Positions 56,901 to 64,000 of a DNA stretch of 64,000 bases are shown piece by piece. Position 1 is the stretch's first letter, and the number at the start of each line of letters is the position of its first letter. The notes under the pieces were generated by a model. The model was not told where the DNA came from, did no database searches, and saw nothing but the letters and a program-made list of their open reading frames with translations. Made by a program: the position numbers and the translations under genes. Source of the DNA: Mobula hypostoma (lineage: Eukaryota); the NCBI RefSeq assembly GCF_963921235.1, contig NC_086100.1, positions 200,448,001-200,512,000 of the forward strand. The letters run 5' to 3'.

Positions 56901-59900
56901 TTTGAGTGTGGGGGAGAGAGCGAGGGGGGGTTGAGTATGGGAGAGAGAGCGAGGGGGGGTTGAGTGTGGGAGAGAGAGCGAGGTGGGGTTGAGTGTGGGG
57001 GAGAGAGCGAGGGAGGGTCGAGTGTGGGGGAGAGAGCGAGGGGGGTTTGAGTGTGGGGGAGAGAGCGAGGGTGGTTTGAGTGTGGGGGAGAGAGCGAGTG
57101 GGTTTGAGTGTGGTGGAGAGAGCGAGGGAGGGTCGTGTGTGGGGGAGAGAGTGAGGGGGGGTTGAGTGTGCGGAGAGAGCGAGGGGGGGTTGAGTGTGGG
57201 GAGAGAGCGAGGGGGGTTGAGTGTGGGGGAGAGAGCAAGGGGGTTTGAGTGTGCGGAGAGAGCAAGGGGGGTTGAGTGTGGGGGGGAGAGTGAGGGGGGT
57301 TGAGTGTGAGTGAGAGAGCGAGGGAGTGTCGAGTGTGGGGGAGAGAGCGAGGGGGTTTGAGTGGGAGAGAGAGCGAGTGGGGTTGAGTGTGGGGGAGAGA
57401 GCGAGGGGGGTTTTGAGTGCGGTGAGAGAGCGAGGGGTTGTTGAGTGTTGGGGAGAGAGCGAGGGGGGTTGAGTGTGGGGGAGAGAGCGAGGGGGTTGAG
57501 TGTGGGGGAGAGAGCAAGTGGGGTTGAGTGAGTGTGGGGGAGAGAGTGAAGGGGGTCAAGTGTGGGGGAGAGAGCGAGGGGGGTTGAGTGTGGGGGAGAG
57601 AGCGAGGGAGGGTCGAGTGTGGGGGAGAGAGCGAGGGGGTTGAGTGTTGGGGAGAGAGCGAGGAGGGGTTCAGTGTGGGGAGAGAGTGAGGGGGGTCGAG
57701 TGTTGGGGAGAGAGCGAGGGGGGTTGAGTGTGGCGGAGAGAGCGAGGGGGGGTTGAGTGTGGGGGAGAGAGCGAGGTCGAGTGTGGGAGAGAGAGCGAGG
57801 TGGGGTCAAGTGTGGGGGAGAGAGCGAGGGGGGTTGAGTGTGGGTGAGAGAGCTAGATCAAGTGTGGGAGAGAGAGCGAGGGGGGTCGAGTGTGGGGGAG
57901 AGAGCGCGCGGGGGTCGAGTGTGGGGGAGAGAGTGAGGGGGGTTGATTGTGGGGTAGAGAGCGAGGGGGGTTGAGTGTGGGGAGAGAGCGAGGGGGGTAG
58001 AGTGTGAGGAGAGAGCAAGGTGGGTTCGAGTGTGGGGGAGAGAGCGAGGGGGGAGTTGAGTGTGGGGGGGAGAGAGCGGGGGGGTCGAGTGTGGGGAGAG
58101 AGCGAGGGGGGGCTGAGTGTGGTGGAGAGAGTGAGGGGGGCTGAGTGTGGGGGAGAGAGCGAGGGGGTTCGAGTGTGGGGGGAGAGCAAGGTCGAGTGTG
58201 GGGGAGAGAGTGAGGGGTCATTGAGTGTGGGGGAGAGAGTGAGGGGGGGTTGAGTGTGGGGGAGAGAGTGAGGGGGGTTGAGTGTGGGGGAGAGAGTGAG
58301 AGAGAGTTGAGTGTGGGGGAGAGAGCGAGGGAGTGTCGAGTGTGGGGGAGAGAGCGAGGGGGTTTGAGTGTGGGGGAGAGGGCGAGGGGGGTTGAGTGTG
58401 GGGGAGAGAGTGAGGGAGAGTTGAGTGTGGGGGAGAGAGCGAGGGAGGGTCGAGTGTGGGGGAGAGAGTGAGGGGGGTTGAGTGTTGCGGAGAGAGCAAG
58501 TGGGAGTTGAGTGTGGGGGAGAGAGCGAGAGGGTTTGAGTGTGGGGGAGAGAGCGAGGGGGGTTGAGTGTGTGGGAGAGAGCGAGGGGAGGTTGAGTGTT
58601 GGGGAGAGAGCGAGGGGGGTTGTGTGTGGGGGAGAGAGAGAGGGGGTTGAGTGTGGGGGAGAGAGCGAGGGGGTTGAGTGTGGGGGAGAGAGCAAGGGGG
58701 GTTGAGTGAGTGTGGGGGAGAGAGTGGGGGGGTCAAGTGTGGGGGAGAGAGCGAGGGGGGTTGAGTGTGGGGGAGAGAGCGAGGGGGGGTTGAGTGTGGG
58801 AGAGAGAGCGAGGGGGGGTTGAGTGTGGGAGAGAGAGCAAGGGGGGTTGAGTGTGGGAGAGAGAGCGAGGGGGGTTGAGTGTGGGGGAGAGAGTGAGGGA
58901 GAGTTGAGTGTGGGGGAGAGAGCGAGGGAGGGTCGAGTGTGGGGGAGAGAGCGAGGGGGGTTTGAGTGTGGGGGAGAGAGCGAGGGGGTGTGAGTGTGGT
59001 GGAGAGAGTGAGGGGGTTTGAGTGTGGGGGAGAGAGCGAGGGGGTTTGAGTGTGGGGGAGAGAGCGAGGGGGGTTGAGTGTGCTGAGAGAGCGAGGGGGG
59101 GTTGAGTGTGGGGGAGAGAGCGAGGGGGTTTGAGTGTGGGGGAGAGAGCGAGGGAGTATCGAGTGTGGGGGAGAGAGCGAGGGGGTTTGAGTGTGGGGGA
59201 GAGAGCGAGGGGGGTTTTGAGTGCGGGGAGAGAGCGAGGGGTTGTTGAGTGTTGGGGAGAGAGCGAGGGGGGTTGAGTGTGGGGGAGAGAGCGAGGGGGT
59301 TGAGTGTCGGGGAGAGAGCAAGTGGGGTTGAGTGAGTGTGGGGGAGAGAGCGAGGGGGGTTGATTGTGGGGGAGAGAGCGACGGAGGGTCGAGTGTGGGG
59401 GAGAGAGCGAGGGGGTTGAGTGTTGGGGAGAGAGCGAGGAGGGGTTCAGTGTGGGGAGAGAGTGCGGGGGTTCGAGTGTTGGGGAGAGAGCGAGGGGGGT
59501 TGAGTGTGGCGGAGAGAGCGAGGGGGGGTTGAGTGTGGGGGAGAGAGCGAGGTCGAGTGAGAGCGAGGGGGGGGTCGAGTGTGGGTGAGAGAGCGAGGGG
59601 GGTTGAGTGTGGGGGAGAGAGCGAGGTCAAGTGTGGGAGAGAGAGCGAGGGGGGGTCGAGTGTGGGGCAGAGAGCGAGCGGGGGTCGAGTGTTGGGGAGA
59701 GAGTGAGGGGGGTTGATTGTGGGGGAGAGAGCGAGGGGGGTTGATTGTGGGGTAGAGAGCGAGGGGGGGATGAGTGTGGGGAGAGAGCGAGTGGGGTGAG
59801 TGTGGGGAGAGAGCAAGGGGGGTTCGAGTGTGGGGGAGAGAGCGAGGGGGGGGTTGAGTGTGGGGGAGAGTGCGGGGGGGTCGAGTGTGGGGAGAGAGCG

Positions 59901-62900
59901 AGGGGGGGCTGAGTGGTGGAGAGAGTGAGGGGGCTGAGTGTGGGGGAGAGAGCGAGGGGGTTCGAGTGTGGGGGAGAGAGCGAGGTCGAGTGTGGGGGAG
60001 AGAGTGAGGGGGGTTGAGTGTGGGGGAGAGAGCGAGGTCGAGTGTGGGAGAGAGAGCGAGGGGAGGTCGAGTGTGGGGGAGAGAGCGAGCGGGGGTCGAG
60101 TGTGGGGGAGAGAGCGAGGGGGGATTGATTGTGGGAGAGAGAGCGAGGGGGGGTTGGGTGTGGGGAGAGAGCGAGGGGGGGTTGAGTGTTGCGGAGAGAG
60201 CAAGGGGGTTCGAGTGTGGGAGAGAGAGCGAGGGGGGGTTGAATGTGGGGGAGAGAGCAAGTGGGGTTGAGTGAGTGTGGGGGAGAGAGCGAGGGGGGTT
60301 GAGTGTGGGGGAGAGAGCGAGGGGGGTTGAGTGTTGGGGAGAGAGCGAGGGGGGTGAGTGTGGGGGAGAGAGCGAGGGGGGGTTGGGTGTGGGGAGAGAG
60401 CGAGGGGGGGTTGAGTGTTGCGGAGAGAGCAAGGGGGTTCGAGTGTGGGAGAGAGAGCGAGGGGGGGTTGAATGTGGGGGAGAGAGCAAGTGGGGTTGAG
60501 TGAGTGTGGGGGAGAGAGCAAGGGGGGTCGAGTGTGGGGGAGAGAGCGAGGGGGTTGAGTGTTGGGGAGAGAGCGAGGAGGGGTTCAGTGTGGGGAGAGA
60601 GTGAGGGGGGTCGAGTGTTGGGGAGAGAGCGAGGGGGGTTGAGTGTGGCGGAGAGAGCGAGGGGGGGTTGAGTGTGGGGGAGAGAGCGAGGTCGAGTGTG
60701 GGAGAGAGAGCGAGGGGGGGTCGAGTGTGGGGGAGAGAGCGAGGGGGGTTGAGTGTGGGGGGAGAGAGCGAGGTCAAGTGTGGGAGAGAGAGCGAGGGGG
60801 GGTCGAGTGTGGGGGAGAGAGCGAGCGGGGGTCGAGTGTGGGGGAGAGACTGAGGGGGGTTGATTGTTGGGTAGAGAGCGAGGGGGGGTTGAGTGTGGGG
60901 AGAGAGCGAGGGGGGTAGAGTGTGGGGAGAGAGCGAGGGGGGTAGAGTGTGGGGAGAGAGCAAGGTGGGTTCGAGTGTGGGGGAGAGAGCGAGGGGGGGT
61001 TGAGTGTGGGGGAGAGAGCGGGGGGGTTCGAGTGTGGGGAGAGAGCGAGGGGGTGCTGAGTGTGGTGGAGAGAGTCAGGGGGGCTGAGTGTGGGGGAGAG
61101 AGCGAGGGGGTTCGAGTGTGGGGGAGAGAGCGAGGTCGAGTGTGGGGGAGAGAGTGAGGGGTCGTTGAGTGTGGGGGAGAGAGTGAGGGGGGGTTGAGTG
61201 TGGGGGAGAGAGTGAGGGGGGTTGAGTGTGGGGGAGAGAGTGAGGGAGAGTTGAGTGTGGGGGAGAGAGCGAGGGAGTGTCGAGTGTGGGGGAGAGAGCG
61301 AGGGGGTTTGAGTGTGGGGGAGAGGGCGAGGGGGGTTGAGTGTGGGAGAGAGAGTGAGGGAGAGTTGAGTGTGGGGGAGAGAGCGAGGGAGGGTCGAGTG
61401 TGGGGGAGAGAGTGAGGGGGGTTGAGTGTTGCGGAGAGAGCAAGTGGGGGTTGAGTGTGGGGGAGAGAGCAAGAGGGTTTGAGTGTGGGGGAGAGAGCGA
61501 GGGGATTGAGTGTGGGGGAGAGAGCAAGGGGGGTTGAGTGAGTGTGGGGGAGAGAGTGGGGGTGTCAAGTGTGGGGGAGAGAGCGAGGGGGATTGAGTGT
61601 GGGGGAGAGAGCTAGGGAGGGTCGAGTGTGGGGGAGAGAGGAAGGGGGTTCGAGTGTGGGGGAGAGAGTGAGGGGGGTTTGAGTGTGGGAGAGAGAGCGA
61701 GGGGGGGTTGAGTGTGGGAGAGAGAGCGAGGGGGGTTGAGTGTGGGGGAGAGAGTGAGGGAGAGTTGAGTGTGGGGGAGAGAGCGAGGGAGGGTCGAGTG
61801 TGGGGGAGAGAGCGAGGGGGGTTTGAGTGTGCTGAGAGAGCGAGGGGGGGTTGAGTGTGGGGGAGAGAGCGAGGGGGTTTGAGTGTGGGGGAGAGAGTGA
61901 GGGAGAGTTAGGTGTGGGGGAGAGAGCGAGGGAGGGTCGAGTGTGGGGGAGAGAGCGAGGGGGTTGAGTGTGGGGGAGAGAGCAAGTGGGGTTGAGTGAG
62001 TGTGGGGGAGAGAGTGAAGGGGGTCAAGTGTGGGGGAGAGAGCGAGGGGGGTTGAGTGTGGGGGAGAGAGCGAGGGAGGGTCGAGTGTGGGGGAGAGAGC
62101 GAGGGGTTTGAGTGTTGAGGAGAGAGCGAGGAGGGGTTCAGTGTGGGGAGAGAGTGAGGGGGGTCGAGTGTTGGGGAGAGAGCGAGGGGGTTGAGTGTGG
62201 CGGAGAGAGCGAGGGGGGGTTGAGTGTGGGGGAGAGAGCGAGGTCGAGTGTGGGGAGAGAGTGAGGGGGGTCGAGTGTTGGGGAGAGAGCGAGGGGGGTT
62301 GAGTGTGGCGGAGAGAGCGAGGGGGGGTTGAGTGTGGGGGAGAGAGCGAGGTCGAGTGTGGGAGAGAGAGCGAGGTGGGGTCAAGTGTGGGGGAGAGAGC
62401 GAGGGGGGTTGAGTGTGGGGGAGAGAGCAGGTCAAGTGTGGGAGAGAGAGCGAGGGGGGTCGAGTGTGGGGGAGAGAGCGAGCGGGGGTCGAGTGTGGGG
62501 GAGAGAGTGAGGGGGGTTGATTGTGGGGTAGAGAGCGAGGGGGGTTGAGTGTGGGGAGAGAGCGAGGGGGGTAGAGTGTGAGGAGAGAGCAAGGTGGGTT
62601 CGAGTGTGGGGGAGAGAGCGAGGGGGGAGTTGAGTGTGGGGGAGAGAGCGGGGGGGTCGAGTGTGGGGAGAGAGCGAGGGGGGGCTGAGTGTGGTGGAGA
62701 GAGTGAGGGGGGCTGAGTGTGGGGGAGAGAGCGAGGGTGTTCGAGTGTGGGGGAGAGAGCAAGGTCGAGTGTGGGGGAGAGAGTGAGGGGTCATTGAGTG
62801 TGGGGGAGAGAGTGAGGGGGGGTTGAGTGTGGGGGAGAGAGTGAGGGGGGTTGAGTGTGGGGGAGTGAGTGAGAGAGAGTTGAGTGTGGGGGAGAGAGCG

Positions 62901-64000
62901 AGGGAGTGTCGAGTGTGGGGGAGAGAGCGAGGGGGTTTGAGTGTGGGGGAGAGGGCGAGGGGGGTTGAGTGTGGGGGAGAGAGTGAGGGAGAGTTGAGTG
63001 TGGGGGAGAGAGCGAGGGAGGGTCGAGTGTGGGGGAGAGAGTGAGGGGGGTTGAGTGTTGTGGAGAGAGCAAGTGGGGGTTGAGTGTGGGGGAGAGAGCG
63101 AGAGGGTTTGAGTGTGGGGGAGAGAGCCAGGGGGGTTGAGTGTGGGGGAGAGAGCGAGGGGAGGTTGAGTGTTGGGGAGAGAGCGAGGGGGGTTGAGTGT
63201 GGGGGAGAGAGCGAGGGGGTTGAGTGTGGGGGAGAGAGCGAGGGGGTTGAGTGTGGGGGAGAGAGCAAGGGGGGTTGAGTGAGTGTGGGGGAAAGAGTGG
63301 GGGGGTCAAGTGTGGGGGAGAGAGCGAGGGGGGGTTGAGTGTGGGGGAGAGAGCTAGGGAGGGTCGAGTGTGGGGGAGAGAGAAAGGGGGTTCGAGTGTG
63401 GGGGAGAGAGCGAGGGGGGGTTGAGTGTGGGTGAGAGAGCGAGGGGGGGTTGAGTGTGGGAGAGAGAGCAAGGGGGGGTTGAGTGTGGGAGAGAGAGCGA
63501 GGGGGGTTGAGTGTGGGGGAGAGAGTGAGGGAGAGTTGAGTGTGGGGGAGAGAGCGAGGGAGGGTCGAGTGTGGGGGAGAGAGCGCGAGGGGGGTTTGAG
63601 TGTGGGGGAGAGAGCGAGGGGGTGTGAGTGTGGTGGAGAGAGAGAGGGGGTTTGAGTGTGGGGGAGAGAGCGAGGGGGTTTGAGTGTGGGGGAGAGAGCG
63701 AGGGGGGTTGAGTGTGCTGAGAGAGCGAGGGGGGGTTGAGTGTGGGGGAGAGAGCGAGGGGGTTTGAGTGTGGGGGAGAGAGCGAGGCAGTATCGAGTGT
63801 GGGGGAGAGAGCGAGGGGGTTTGAGTGTGGGGGAGAGAGCGAGGGGGGTTGAGTGTGGGGGAGAGAGCGAGGGGGGTTTTGAGTGCGGGGAGAGAGCGAG
63901 GGGTTGTTGAGTGTTGGGGAGAGAGCGAGGGGGGTTGAGTGTGGGGGAGAGAGCGAGGGGGTTGAGTGTCGGGGAGAGAGCAAGTGGGGTTGAGTGAGTG
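26987..64000. repeat. G-rich satellite array, ~28-29-bp monomer (GAGTGTGGGGGAGAGAGCGAGGGGGGTT), roughly 1300 copies, continuing beyond the window
   Basis: Uninterrupted tandem monomers with recurrent variants and multi-kb higher-order periodicity; no unique sequence seen inside. Confidence 0.98.

Noticed and set aside
26986..63655. Short Gly/Glu/Arg-rich plus-strand ORFs in the satellite
   Set aside because: Translations of the repeat monomer; used only as periodicity markers.
26816..63983. Very long Pro/Ser/His/Leu-rich minus-strand ORFs (up to 1709 aa; extensin- or mucin-like)
   Set aside because: The C-rich strand rarely forms stop codons, so all three frames are open at once; the 28-29-bp unit and G-run indels do not preserve frame; most starts are non-ATG. 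Compositional artefact.
26987..64000. Telomeric repeat array
   Set aside because: No (TTAGGG)n tracts; the monomer is unrelated.

Overview
Vertebrate genomic DNA, not prokaryotic; the repeat repertoire (CR1 LINEs, V-SINE/HE1-type SINEs) suggests a cartilaginous fish, which is an inference. Bases 1-26986 hold five GT-AG exons, on the minus strand, of a short-chain dehydrogenase/reductase of the RDH11/12/13/DHRS13 type. The exons join in frame and keep the NNAG motif, the catalytic Ser and YNNSK; the first coding exon(s) are not in the window. They sit in a mosaic of nested transposable elements: at least six large CR1 copies, a Buster/Charlie hAT element, a young 5'-truncated HERO-type element with a restriction-like endonuclease (RLE), a Gypsy remnant, SINEs, a 44-bp minisatellite and a purine microsatellite. 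From 26987 to the window end (>37 kb) lies a G-rich satellite with a ~28-bp monomer and nested higher-order repeats; its very long ORFs are compositional artefacts. I found no convincing new protein-coding system. The most unusual signals are the apparently intronic satellite, an accidental APE-RT-RLE fusion ORF, a hAT-associated deletion, and a splice acceptor whose branch point and pyrimidine tract appear to come from a LINE tail.
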